From Opitutales bacterium (GTDB taxonomy: Bacteria > Verrucomicrobiota > Verrucomicrobiia > Opitutales > JABSRG01): DNA of 47,407 nt. The notes below the pieces were generated by a model that was not told the DNA's origin, made no database searches, and saw only the letters and a program-made list of their open reading frames with translations. The translations under genes and the position numbers were made by a program. Positions 17,401-27,129 of this stretch are shown here, piece by piece (position 1 is the stretch's first letter; every line of letters begins with the position of its first letter). The DNA lies in assembly GCA_049599475.1 (NCBI GenBank), contig JBMYOQ010000027.1, positions 1 to 47,407 on the forward strand. Reading direction: 5' to 3'.

Positions 17401-19914
17401 TAGGCGGATGGTGTTGTATCCACCGTGGGTCATGCCTCCACGCAACAATTCGGGGTCGGGCATGCCTACGGTCTCGTGATTGATGTCCATCCACGGAGAG
17501 TCGTTTATCTTTACCGAGGCCTTATTCTCGTAGGTCAGGTTGTTCACTTGGAGCCAGAGATCCATTGCTTTGGAAGCAGCCTCTTTATCCAAATACACGT
17601 AGCGCTCTTCAATGATGCCCTCGTGCCCCAGCACTTCTACCGGCATGACCGCTGGAGCCCATTTGCGCATCGCCAATTCCTGTTGATGAGCCAAGGCCTC
17701 ATCGGATAGGGCGGATTCGAAGATCTTTAGTTCATAGATATCTCCATCGAAATAACGTCCGGGGTTTTCCGCACGTCCGAGGCGCATGGGGTGGCTGTTC
17801 GAGAAGTCCGCGGGAGCCAGTGTGCGGCTGAGGACTTGTTGGTTGTGTGAATTCCAAAACTGGACCTCGCTGGCCGCAGAATCGTAGCGCAGGGTGAAGA
17901 CTGCGGGTTGGCCGGCGATTAAGTTTGTATTGGCCCGCATATCAGCGCCGCCCATCGTGGCAATGGGTTGCAGGCTGGATGATGTGCGCAGGGTCAGGCC
18001 TTGGCTGAAGCTAGAATAGTGGCCAAAGATGTCATTCCACGCGCTGACAGGGGCTTGAGGATTAAAAGCAAGGACCACGGTCATTCCGCTCTTTCCGTTG
18101 GCCGCACCTGTCGCCGAGAAGTCTAGGAAAGCATCCTGTTCGCTCGCATTGAATGATTTGAGGGTCGCATTGTCTCCGCGGAATTCAGCGCCTACCGTTT
18201 TGTGTATCGTCTCCTCGTAGGGGGCGTAGAGTACCGCCTTTTCTTCCGCAGAGGCATGGTTGTCATTGCCAGAACTATCCAGCCAGGTGCGGACGACATC
18301 GCCGTTGAGTTCAAAGTCGTTGCGTGTCTCAGCTTTTAAATGCTGAATGAGCGATGCACGTGGCGCCCATTTGCTGTCCAAGGCTTCCGCCTCTTCCTTC
18401 ATCTGAATGCGTGAGAGCGTGCGGTCGTAAACACGGACTTCATAAAAAGTGCCATTACCATCACGATTCGTTTCATGATAACCGCCGAGCAGCAGCGCGC
18501 GACCAGTCGCGTAGTCTAGGGGCTCGGTGGTAATGGATCGAAATTCATCGATGTGGGTGCTGTAAAACTCGAGCTTATTCATCACCGCATTGTAGTTCGC
18601 AACCACTACAAAGAATTGATTGGGCTGAATGGGGGAAGATTCATCAGTCAGCCATTTATTGCCGCCTTTGGAGACGTAGAGCTTGTGGGTGTGGCCGAGT
18701 GCGATGGAAAAACCATGGCTGGTTTTATTACCATTGCTCACGAGCATCTTGAGGTTGTTCACGAAGGTTTCAGATGCGCGATAGGCGATAGCCACTGCGA
18801 AGCCCATGCCCGCTTTGCGATCGTTGGGACCATACTCTCCGGTGATATCGAAAAGCTGATCAGCTTCCTCAGAAGATAGGATTTCGACACGGTCATTATC
18901 AAAAGTGTATCCGCCATTCTCATACACCGGATTGTCTCCGTAAGGGGAGGTGCCGCTGGTCGCGATCGGGATATTCTGCGCAGACTGCGAGAGATGGATG
19001 AAACCTTCAAGGGGCGACGCAAGGGCACGTCTCCCATAATCGAGGACGGGCTCGATTTGAAACCAATTGAGCCTAAAGTTGCCCGAACGCACATCCAAGC
19101 GGACGGTATGCTCACCCGATACCGGGATATACAGCAACTGTTCGATCGTCTGCCAATTATCCGTACTGCCGGTGCCGGGAAATTCGATAGTCGTCAGGTA
19201 TTTTCCCGAAAGATAGACATCTACCTTACCGCCGACTTCCTCTGCGCTACGTGAAGAGGATACGCGCAGGCCGATTCGGCTCATCCCGGCTTCGGCTACA
19301 TTTACGGTGTATTCCGCCCAGGTGTCCCATTTTAGCGACGAGAGTGACTGCTCTCCACTTTCACCTTCAGTATTGATGGTGCGCACTTCTAGCGAACTGG
19401 ACCGGTCGCTGGTGTTCTCACCTTCAAGGGTGATCGGTATGATAAGCGATGGCAGATCCTCGAGCTGCACGGCGAGACGGAAAAAGCTGCTTGTTCCATC
19501 GAGAGCGATTTCTTCGGTGACCGTATCATAAGTATTACCACGTTGCGTGGAGATAATTTTTCCAACGGGGCTCCAGGTGTTCGGATCTAGGCTCTCGGAG
19601 CTTTCGATCGTGTAGTAGATGTCCGGATTGTCGCTGCGCCGCTTGTAGGTGTAGCGAATTGTATTGTTGGTATAGATATATGACGGCTGGAACCCTTGAT
19701 TATTTGGATCTTTCGGATCGCCGTTAAATGCGTATTCCAACAGATTTGGAACCGTATCTCCATCGTCATCCGCAAGTGTGGAGAATGCGATATTATTATC
19801 AATAGACCAGTCTTCAAAGGTGGTCGCTGAAGCGACAAACGATAGAGGGCTTGTGATAAGGATTAGTGATGTGAGCGCAGGGTGAAGTGTCTTGGGGTAG
19901 CGGACATTTCTCAT
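14500..19914 (-). CDS. Large secreted multidomain protein: PVC acidic module + CBM6/35-like + 2 LamG-like + monoheme cytochrome c-containing core + split NBR1-type Ig domain
   Basis: Signal peptide; DDDGD..NLLEYA; WAEYTVNV..FPGTG..WQT..GEHTVRL; G.FYEVRVYDRTLS and FDGDIYELKIFESALS; CTDCH at aa 960-964; TNTGDTPW and APPVEGSY..EGFGWFG. Confidence 0.8.
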   Translation of the reverse strand: MRNVRYPKTLHPALTSLILITSPLSFVASATTFEDWSIDNNIAFSTLADDDGDTVPNLLEYAFNGDPKDPNNQGFQPSYIYTNNTIRYTYKRRSDNPDIYYTIESSESLDPNTWSPVGKIISTQRGNTYDTVTEEIALDGTSSFFRLAVQLEDLPSLIIPITLEGENTSDRSSSLEVRTINTEGESGEQSLSSLKWDTWAEYTVNVAEAGMSRIGLRVSSSRSAEEVGGKVDVYLSGKYLTTIEFPGTGSTDNWQTIEQLLYIPVSGEHTVRLDVRSGNFRLNWFQIEPVLDYGRRALASPLEGFIHLSQSAQNIPIATSGTSPYGDNPVYENGGYTFDNDRVEILSSEEADQLFDITGEYGPNDRKAGMGFAVAIAYRASETFVNNLKMLVSNGNKTSHGFSIALGHTHKLYVSKGGNKWLTDESSPIQPNQFFVVVANYNAVMNKLEFYSTHIDEFRSITTEPLDYATGRALLLGGYHETNRDGNGTFYEVRVYDRTLSRIQMKEEAEALDSKWAPRASLIQHLKAETRNDFELNGDVVRTWLDSSGNDNHASAEEKAVLYAPYEETIHKTVGAEFRGDNATLKSFNASEQDAFLDFSATGAANGKSGMTVVLAFNPQAPVSAWNDIFGHYSSFSQGLTLRTSSSLQPIATMGGADMRANTNLIAGQPAVFTLRYDSAASEVQFWNSHNQQVLSRTLAPADFSNSHPMRLGRAENPGRYFDGDIYELKIFESALSDEALAHQQELAMRKWAPAVMPVEVLGHEGIIEERYVYLDKEAASKAMDLWLQVNNLTYENKASVKINDSPWMDINHETVGMPDPELLRGGMTHGGYNTIRLAFQSVDFIEGLNRIQFRFNESDGIAMGYRVVAMDILDFHGYSLLPDSQFVEDDPAEWTGFHTDQASIDEGRNLWYGVTAWPPTASNKVPAEDRLITHYKAEGVEGFWYGYALPEVGTILASCTDCHTHDGRDLEIFAYSNRSIVERAKFHGMSEDQGEKIASYIRTLADQYDSVERAGRPWNPPYQPGPSVADLPIHNWAAGAGLDAVLEEDSEMVPFLFNVEPGENPTQQQVNDFFNTGGTFDSTTLPLALQFPDWKHWLPMVHPMDAFNGDLWDNGIERINPNHEPRHPKQRLEEARAFLETMPAGEAESAAFMDANFETFHDYVSEVRAAFRFWWEAGPDTIKRSHWRSFGGTAVNNLKPEIPREFASQSLAKLQGVKGFELQNEFGLQGMQYRMADEQERLDYSIPERSWLTKNTYHVYPIAPHFIADGQDGLEYRGQDIPSNSVNFLGQTEATGQNESTTWYELQAVLTPGNKTGHVRGPVHYNYQMSLISGFGSRSKVRQGMRWMMNANRMYQTLLGGKRMENRVWGWSNSWEGLTDDSNEQTWHGFELRNMQPDYLFTQGGDMLRSADAVYPGLGDKIAQAHLQQYIDEIGFDEGETNALYPLDQWPRQSEFLPEYGTEFKNHMIDDVNVGTFEPNSEVDFAWSDDFYLMLLRAAKTGVDTPILEKIKRWGQAAWPDMPWADLEFAPKAEFTGLNLAESVAPKASFNVDYTFTNTGDTPWTAADTFTLALNEHSGFKTDDGLFEIYPRDGAYLIGSWSRSRTTTTSHHFTLAPHDNPARVSIQLATRASKTNLNFDDGSIVLLSGGVEIAELTGSQDTSVNDYVEWTAEISDQDTSKTYEIIIQLPGYGDYLFVDEFKVTESVTGTELYADNVESTEYWPTSTGSDFWEIDHTGPATAIGRISLPAGVVVAPNESYTFTSPLTAPPVEGSYDLTVQLHKEGFGWFGPEIDATVQVVPEW

Positions 19915-20351
19915 TATTTTACCTTTGGTTGGGGTTGACCAAGGAGGGGTGCAGTGGGGTAACGTTGAGAGATCGGTAGTTTATTCACCAGATAATGAAA
20001 CGATTAACAAGGATATTTAGTCTTACTTATGATTTACAAATGTATTTGTGAGAGTTTACAAAATAATGGCCCTTTAATCTGAGTGTATGATGTTCTGAAA
20101 TCCGCTCAGTGATTGAGTCTTAAAGCTGTTGGTGGGGTGTGGTGGAAGGAGTGAGTATGGGCGGGATTTTAAATTTTGATACGCACTTATTAGCTGAATG
20201 TTTACGTAATGCGTTAATTGTATGATTGCTGTCGCAACTTGGAATGAAGGCGATCGGCTCATTAGTGTAATATCTCTCGATTACGATCAGACGGTTCTTG
20301 GTTTGTTCGGAATTTACCCTCGGTTTCGCAGTAGACCACCCCCTCCAAATT

Positions 20352-23300
20352 ATGAGACATTCGCTCCTTTTCCTTGGATTTTTGGCAGTAACGACGGCGT
20401 GTAACGCGCTGAGCCTGACGCGTGAAGCCGCAAAACAGGTCGGAAGAGGGGACGTGACCTGGGCGAGTGAATCGGCTGTCACTACTGAAGATGCCTACGT
20501 CGTTTTCGAAAACGCTCAATCCGAGGACTTTACTTTTTCCTTTGAAGGGCGCGCACCTGCGAGCGCTGATGCTGAGGAGGTCGGTATTTGGGCTGTATTC
20601 CGCCACTTCAATCGAAACTTTCGTTACATGGTAGGCGTGCGTGGTGCACCTCACTCAGATCTCTACATCACGCGCTATGCACCGGATGGTGATGATCAAA
20701 TGTTGGCTCTGGAGCCAATCGAAACGGTGGCACCCGGACAATGGGTGACAGTTAAAGTGGTCGGGGCGGGCAAAGAATTTACAATCTCCATTGATGGGGA
20801 AAAGATCACCACCGTAAAAGACCCCGGTGTCTCGTTCTCTTCTGGCGCAGTAGGCGTAGGAGGTGGCTATCACCGCGCTGAATACCGCAATATCAATTTC
20901 AACGATGATGCGGACGAAGCTTACATTGAAGAACGCGTCGAGTATGCTGCAAGTGCACTGAAGATCAATTTTCAGCCGAGTAAATCTACGGCTCCAGAAG
21001 GGTGGTCAGTCGATAGCGGAGAAGCCTTTGATGCAACACGTGGCTATGGCTGGCTTGAGAAGGTGGATACCCGGGAGCGGGCATCCTCGGGCAATGCCTT
21101 TAATGATACCCTAGTGACGCTCGCGCACAAGCGTACTGCGGCGAGTTTCAGTGTGGATGTCCCTGCTGGGGAATATTTGATGACACTGCAGCACGGGGAC
21201 CGATTCCGCAGCAGTGTGAACTGTAATTACGGATCGGGTGAGTTCAAATCGGCAGTCGATGCCGGGGTATACGAAGAAATCGTCCGCTGGGTGAATGTTG
21301 ATGAAGAAGGTCTTACATTGAATTTCACCCGCAGCGCTACGGGCTCTGGCACATCCTTAAATTGGCTGGTCCTAGAACCGCGCAGTGAGCTCTCCGATGA
21401 ACGTTGGGCTGCGGGCCGCCCAATCTCAGATGAAGACGCAGTCAAGATCGCTCTTCGCGAGCAGCAGCGCGCCGCGTATGCACCTCAAAAAGTCTCTTTC
21501 GCACGCAAGGGGCGCACAGAAGTATCTCTCGATGGCGATTGGCTATTATTGCCTGATTACGAATTTAAAAATTCACCCAACGCTCAGGATCCTTTAACAG
21601 ATGATTCGGCCTGGCACGTGATGCCGGTGCCCGACATGTGGTCGCCGTATGCTGCATGGTTGTTTGGCGAAACGCATAAATCGGTCCCTCATGACAAGGG
21701 CGCCAGTGACAGCTATTTCGAATACCGCCACGCCCGTGTAGAGGCGCTGACTTTTGATTGGGAAAAGACACAGTCGGCTTGGTATCGTAAGCATGTAGTC
21801 CTCCCAAAATTACGCAAAAGCCAGCAAGTAGAGCTCAACTTCGGAGGCATCGCGAAGGTCTCGCACATTTTTGTGAACGGTCAGTTCGTTAAGAAAAACG
21901 AAGGCATGTTTGGCGATATACGTATCAATATTACCGATCAGCTAAAGGCTGGCGAAAACGTGATCGCTGTGAAGGTGGATAATGAGCGCAGCGATACGGA
22001 TATGAGTGATGAAATTCTAGGCATCGCCATCAGTGTTGAGGTGACCAAGAAAATGCTCAATGCGCTACCACACGGGATGACGCGTCAAGATGCCCGCGGC
22101 ATCTGGCAGTCCACAAAGCTTGTCATCACCGAGCCTGCGAGCATCGACGATGTTTACATCCAGCCAAGCCTCGATGGCGCCGATGTCGCAATTACCCTCA
22201 AGAACGAGGGCGACACACCACAGACGGTCTCCCCGCGCCTCAAGGTTGTTTCAAAGGAAGACGGCTCTACGCTTACCACGGTGAAAGGCGAAAAAGTGAC
22301 GATCGCTGCTAATAGCACCACCGAGACAAATATTCAGTTTTCAGGGCTGAAGCCCAAACTCTGGTCCCCGGATACTCCTTATCTTTATGACTTTGAAGTC
22401 TCCCTCAAGTCTGGCTGGAGCACCGTCGACGCATACGCGGTCACTTCAGGATTCCGCACTTTTGAGGCGGTTGGTAATCGGCTGCATTTAAACGGGCACC
22501 CCTACGCCCTCCGCGGCGCCAACCACTGCCCGAATATGCTCGCTCCAAATGATGCCGAGCTTGCCGACAAGTTCATGGGCTATCTCAGCGAGAACAATAT
22601 CAATTCCACGCGCTTCCATGGTCTACCAGCGACCGATGCATGGATCGAGGCTGCGGATCGTCATGGAATCCTTATTTCACACGAAGGCACATGGCCTTGG
22701 CTGATGCTGCGTGGTCCCATTCCTGAGCAACCTGCGATTGATCAATGGATGGAAGAATACCAGCGCGTCATCAAGCGCTACCGCAATAGCCCATCCGTTG
22801 TCCTTTGGACCGTGAACAACGAAATGAAGTTTCACGTGTATCACCGCCACACTACGGAGTCTACCCGATCGGCTGAGGATAATGCAGACCTCCTTGCCCG
22901 TTGGAAAGTCGTATCAAACGCGGTCAAAATGATTCGCCAGACCGATCCTACACGCCCGATTGTCGCAGATTCCTGCTACGTGCGTGGCGGCGGTGGCTGG
23001 GGCTTTGACAAGACGCCCGAGGAGCTGGGTATCGACGATGGCGATATCGATGACCGCCACGCATACTTTAACTGGTATAACCGCAGTGTATTCAATCTCC
23101 ATTACGAGACAGACCCACGCAACCATCCCGACCGTCCCTACATCGGCCAGGAGATGTCGACCGGCTATTACAATACGGATAGCGGCCACCCGGTGCGCGT
23201 TTACCTCTTCGCTCACCAGACTCCGCAGAGCTGGGTAGGGCAGTATGCTTACGAGCACCGCGATCCTGAAATTTTCACCGAGCGCCATGGTTTCCTTACC

Positions 23301-24467
23301 AAAGAGCTTGCAGAATATTACCGCCGCGATCGCCGCGAAGACTGGGCGGGTTCATTGATCTTCGGCCTTGTGACTTGGTTTAAAAACCCTTGGGACGCAG
23401 CCACCATCGAGCCGTATCCTGTGGTCTCTGAGGACTTGCGCCGCGCGATGTCACCCGTGCTCGTCAGTGCACGCATGACTGGGCGTAACGTCTTTGCCGG
23501 CGATACGATTTCGATCCCGGTATCTATTGTAAATGATCACGAGAAATATGAAGGCCTCAGCACGGGTCGCCTTGAGTGGAGTATTCGAAATGAGGATACA
23601 GTGCTCTCAAGCGGGAAGGTGAATACGCCCGCGGTCAAATACTACGCGAACGCGTTCATGGACGTTCCTGTAGCGTTTCCAGAAACAGTGCCCAACGGTA
23701 AGGCTGCGGTTGAGCTCCGTTTTGATCTCTTTGTCGATGGCGAGCACATAAGCACCAATTCCTATGACCTCACGGTAGGCGAAAAGGCTTGGGCTAAAAA
23801 CGAAACGATTGCCAAGGCTCAGTCTATCGTGGCTTACAAGCCTTCGGCGAAACTCACACAACTCCTCGACTCCATCGATGCTTCGGTAACGGGTGCCGAT
23901 CGCCTCGACTCCAAAACAATCGAAGCTGCCGAAACCCTCATCATCGACGGCGACATTTCGGCTCGGGAACGTGCGCTCATAAAGGCAAAGATCGAAGCTG
24001 GATTCGGCAAGGTCGTTTGGGTAAATGCCGGTAAGCAGGCCTCCGACGCTTTCCCTGAATTAATTCACACTTATAAACGCCAGAAGTCAGAGGTCGTCAC
24101 CATGCTCGTCGACGAGTCACCGGTATTCGACGGCATCGACATCGGCGAAATGGCTTGGATGGGCGGCCCTGTCACCTCCAGCGTGCCGCTCTCGGCAACC
24201 GGTGGATACCAGGTGGATTGGAAACGCCCCGAAGTCACCGTGCTTGCTGAAGAGATGCGCGCCCACGGCTATCTCAAAACTCCTACCGACAAGCTCAAAT
24301 ACTGGGTAGCTCCCCTCGTAAAGATCCAGAAAAACAAAGACTCCGCCCTGATTCTTTCTGAAATGTCCCTAGACGCCGCCTTGGTGGATCCTATCGCCAT
24401 GCGACTCTGGTCCAACCTAATCAAAGGAGACACAAACACCTCCATAAATACCCTAGCGAAAAGGTAG
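20352..24467 (+). CDS. Multidomain GH2 glycosidase with N-terminal concanavalin-like and malectin-like domains
   Basis: Signal peptide from ATG 20352; KINFQP..GYGW; SLDGDW; AWYRK; GIWQ; LWSPDTPYLY; GFRTFE; WTVNNE acid/base; GQEMSTGY putative nucleophile. Confidence 0.88.
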   Translation: MRHSLLFLGFLAVTTACNALSLTREAAKQVGRGDVTWASESAVTTEDAYVVFENAQSEDFTFSFEGRAPASADAEEVGIWAVFRHFNRNFRYMVGVRGAPHSDLYITRYAPDGDDQMLALEPIETVAPGQWVTVKVVGAGKEFTISIDGEKITTVKDPGVSFSSGAVGVGGGYHRAEYRNINFNDDADEAYIEERVEYAASALKINFQPSKSTAPEGWSVDSGEAFDATRGYGWLEKVDTRERASSGNAFNDTLVTLAHKRTAASFSVDVPAGEYLMTLQHGDRFRSSVNCNYGSGEFKSAVDAGVYEEIVRWVNVDEEGLTLNFTRSATGSGTSLNWLVLEPRSELSDERWAAGRPISDEDAVKIALREQQRAAYAPQKVSFARKGRTEVSLDGDWLLLPDYEFKNSPNAQDPLTDDSAWHVMPVPDMWSPYAAWLFGETHKSVPHDKGASDSYFEYRHARVEALTFDWEKTQSAWYRKHVVLPKLRKSQQVELNFGGIAKVSHIFVNGQFVKKNEGMFGDIRINITDQLKAGENVIAVKVDNERSDTDMSDEILGIAISVEVTKKMLNALPHGMTRQDARGIWQSTKLVITEPASIDDVYIQPSLDGADVAITLKNEGDTPQTVSPRLKVVSKEDGSTLTTVKGEKVTIAANSTTETNIQFSGLKPKLWSPDTPYLYDFEVSLKSGWSTVDAYAVTSGFRTFEAVGNRLHLNGHPYALRGANHCPNMLAPNDAELADKFMGYLSENNINSTRFHGLPATDAWIEAADRHGILISHEGTWPWLMLRGPIPEQPAIDQWMEEYQRVIKRYRNSPSVVLWTVNNEMKFHVYHRHTTESTRSAEDNADLLARWKVVSNAVKMIRQTDPTRPIVADSCYVRGGGGWGFDKTPEELGIDDGDIDDRHAYFNWYNRSVFNLHYETDPRNHPDRPYIGQEMSTGYYNTDSGHPVRVYLFAHQTPQSWVGQYAYEHRDPEIFTERHGFLTKELAEYYRRDRREDWAGSLIFGLVTWFKNPWDAATIEPYPVVSEDLRRAMSPVLVSARMTGRNVFAGDTISIPVSIVNDHEKYEGLSTGRLEWSIRNEDTVLSSGKVNTPAVKYYANAFMDVPVAFPETVPNGKAAVELRFDLFVDGEHISTNSYDLTVGEKAWAKNETIAKAQSIVAYKPSAKLTQLLDSIDASVTGADRLDSKTIEAAETLIIDGDISARERALIKAKIEAGFGKVVWVNAGKQASDAFPELIHTYKRQKSEVVTMLVDESPVFDGIDIGEMAWMGGPVTSSVPLSATGGYQVDWKRPEVTVLAEEMRAHGYLKTPTDKLKYWVAPLVKIQKNKDSALILSEMSLDAALVDPIAMRLWSNLIKGDTNTSINTLAKR

Positions 24468-24591
24468 CGCTCGATAACACCTTCGGCTTGCTCAGGTCCT
24501 CGAGCTTGTCGAGACGGCGATCGAGCACAACTCGGCCTCAGCCGCATAAGCTGATCCGCCCATGCCCGTTCGGTGAAGAGGCGCCACCTAC
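24463..24591. repeat. Composite REP doublet with a second palindrome nested in the first arm; supplies the GH2 stop codon
   Basis: GGTAGCGCTCGAT...ATCGAGCAC encloses CTTCGGCTTGCTCAGG...GAGCTTGTCGAG. The partner arm ends CACCTAC. The TAG of GGTAG (24465-24467) is the stop. Confidence 0.6.
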
Positions 24592-24612
24592 TCCAAATCA
24601 ATTTCTAAAACA

Positions 24613-27048
24613 ATGAACCTAATACGTATAGCAACCCTTACCCTTGTATCGATTTTCCTAGCACTCGCTTCCACGCTCTCTGCCGAGAACCTCCGTGAAG
24701 GCTGGGAGTTTGTCCAGAAGGACCTCGGCAGCCCCTGGGAGGCTTTGCGCACCGAAAAGAGAGATGTCGACAACCCGCGCTGGACGTCCGTAACCATCCC
24801 GCACACCTATAACGCTTACGATGTCGTATCTCCCTATGAGCCTTATTACCAAGGGCCTGCTTGGTATCGCTTGCGCAAAACGATCAAAAACCCCCACGAA
24901 AACGGCACGACACTCCTCCATTTCCGTGGTGCGGGACAGAAAACACAGCTATACATCGAAGATCATTTTGTTGGCGAACACGTAGGCGGTTTCGATGAAT
25001 TCAGCTTTGATATCACGGAGGCCCTAGCGAAATTCGCCGATCGCGACGCGGTTAGCATCCTCGTGCGCACCGACAACTCTCGCGATGTCGAAATGATGCC
25101 GTCAAACCTTGCGGACTTCCACATCTATGGCGGATTATACCGAGAAGTTCATTTGGAATACCTTCCTGAGCTCTACGTAGAGTGGCCGCGAATGGATGCG
25201 CTTGTCGATGAGGCAGGCAAGAAGGGCACCATTAAAATCCGTGCGCGTATTCAGGATAAGGGTGAGCGCGATGTGATCGAATTACTTTTAGAGCTTTTTG
25301 ATGAAAAGGGACATCGCGTCAAAGCGCGTAGTACTCGCATTAATACAATTTACCGCAAGTTCGCGGAGATTGAAATTGAACTCGATAATCCAAAACTGTG
25401 GTCGCCCGACAGCCCTTATCTCTACACGTGGAAGCTGAAAACGCGCAAGCTGGACAACGACACTCCGCATGTCATCGAAGGCACTACAGGCTTTCGTTAT
25501 TTCCGATTCGAAAAGAAGGGGCCGTTTTATCTAAACGGAGAGCGTCTGCTCCTGCGTGGCACCCACCGTCATGAAGATCACGCGGGCTATGGATTTGCCA
25601 TGCCGGACGATCTGCTCCGCGAGGAAATGCAGCTCATGAAAGATATGGGAGTGAACTTCCTGCGCCTCGGGCACTACCAGCAGGATCGCCAGGTCCTCGA
25701 ACTCTGCGATGAACTCGGCATCCTTGTCTGGGAAGAAATCCCATGGTGCCGTGGGGGCATCGGTGGTGAAGAATATCAGGAGCAAGGGCGCCGTATGATG
25801 CGCAACATGATTGCACAACACCGGCACCACCCATCGATTATCCTCTGGGGAATCGGCAATGAGACGGACTGGAAGGGGGATTTCAGCTCACATGACCGCG
25901 CCGCTGTGCGTGAGTATTCCATTGAGCTCCACGAGTTGGCAAAATGGCTGGATCCACACCGCATGACAGCTTTGCGTCGCAACGATGATATTAAAGGCGT
26001 CATCGATGTATATTCACCGTCAATATGGTCGGGCTGGTATCACGGAAAGTTCACCGACTATTTTGAAGTCACCAAAAAACGGGTACAGTCTGTAGATCAT
26101 TTTTTCCATGCAGAGTGGGGTGCTTCGCAACATGCTCGCCGTCACTCGGAAGATCCGGATAAGGGCTTGGCTGCGATTGAGTCTGGCGATGGCACCGAAC
26201 GCGATGGGGACTTCCTCATGACTGGGGGCGCGGCGCGCGTTTCTCGCGATGGCGATTGGACTGAATCTTATGCCGTCAACCTCATCGACTGGTTTTTGAA
26301 AGAGCAGGAAAAAATGCCCTGGCTCACCGGGTCTGCGGCGTGGCTCTTCAAGGACTTTACTACGGCTATTCGCTCGAACAATCCAGTTCCTTACGTAAAT
26401 CAAAAGGGCGTAGTCGAGCGTGATATGACTCCTAAGGCGGGCTACTATGTCTTCCAATCCTACTGGGCAAAAGAGCCGATGCTCCGCATATACGGGCACA
26501 CCTGGCCGGTCCGCTGGGGAGAAGAGGGCGAAGCCAAGATGCTCAAAGTGTATTCAAATTGTGATACCGTTGAGCTCTTCCTCAATGGCAAGTCTCTCGG
26601 CAAGCGAGAGCGTGAGTCCCAAAACTTCCCTGCGGCGGGTCTGCGTTGGGTGAGTCCTTTTAAGGTGGGCAAAAATACTGTCAAAGCCGTGGCAGTGGTC
26701 GATGGTAAGGAACTCGTCGACGAAATTGAATTTGAATATCAGACCAAGAAGTGGGGCAAACCTGCAAAGCTAGAGGCCAAGATTCTTTCTGAAGATGCCG
26801 AAATGGCCTGGGTGCAGGTTTACGCCCTCGACGCAAACGGCGTGCGCTGCCTCGACAGTAAGGCGCGCATTCACTTCGAACTCGCCGGCGACGGTAAACT
26901 CATCGCCGATCTCGGCACCTCCCGTGGTTCACGCTCGGTGCAAATGTATAACGGGCGCGCCGAAATCTCGTTAGAGAAACGCGGCGGCATTTCCTTCCTC
27001 ACAGCCAAGTCAAAAGGCCTTCCGACGGCTTATATCAAAGTCGAGTAA
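24613..27048 (+). CDS. GH2 glycosidase (DUF4982-type C-terminus), secreted
   Basis: IPHTYN, YYQGPAWYR, HVGGF, IYGGLYREV, GTHRHED, RLGHYQQ, WGIGNE, HAEWG, NQKG, VYSNCDTVELFLNGKSLG. Confidence 0.92.
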   Translation: MNLIRIATLTLVSIFLALASTLSAENLREGWEFVQKDLGSPWEALRTEKRDVDNPRWTSVTIPHTYNAYDVVSPYEPYYQGPAWYRLRKTIKNPHENGTTLLHFRGAGQKTQLYIEDHFVGEHVGGFDEFSFDITEALAKFADRDAVSILVRTDNSRDVEMMPSNLADFHIYGGLYREVHLEYLPELYVEWPRMDALVDEAGKKGTIKIRARIQDKGERDVIELLLELFDEKGHRVKARSTRINTIYRKFAEIEIELDNPKLWSPDSPYLYTWKLKTRKLDNDTPHVIEGTTGFRYFRFEKKGPFYLNGERLLLRGTHRHEDHAGYGFAMPDDLLREEMQLMKDMGVNFLRLGHYQQDRQVLELCDELGILVWEEIPWCRGGIGGEEYQEQGRRMMRNMIAQHRHHPSIILWGIGNETDWKGDFSSHDRAAVREYSIELHELAKWLDPHRMTALRRNDDIKGVIDVYSPSIWSGWYHGKFTDYFEVTKKRVQSVDHFFHAEWGASQHARRHSEDPDKGLAAIESGDGTERDGDFLMTGGAARVSRDGDWTESYAVNLIDWFLKEQEKMPWLTGSAAWLFKDFTTAIRSNNPVPYVNQKGVVERDMTPKAGYYVFQSYWAKEPMLRIYGHTWPVRWGEEGEAKMLKVYSNCDTVELFLNGKSLGKRERESQNFPAAGLRWVSPFKVGKNTVKAVAVVDGKELVDEIEFEYQTKKWGKPAKLEAKILSEDAEMAWVQVYALDANGVRCLDSKARIHFELAGDGKLIADLGTSRGSRSVQMYNGRAEISLEKRGGISFLTAKSKGLPTAYIKVE

Positions 27049-27129
27049 CAGACTTGCTGACGATAATTCGCGCCAACTCTTTCTGATACATATTACACCC
27101 CCGCAAACAGCCTTCAACACCCCAATGAG

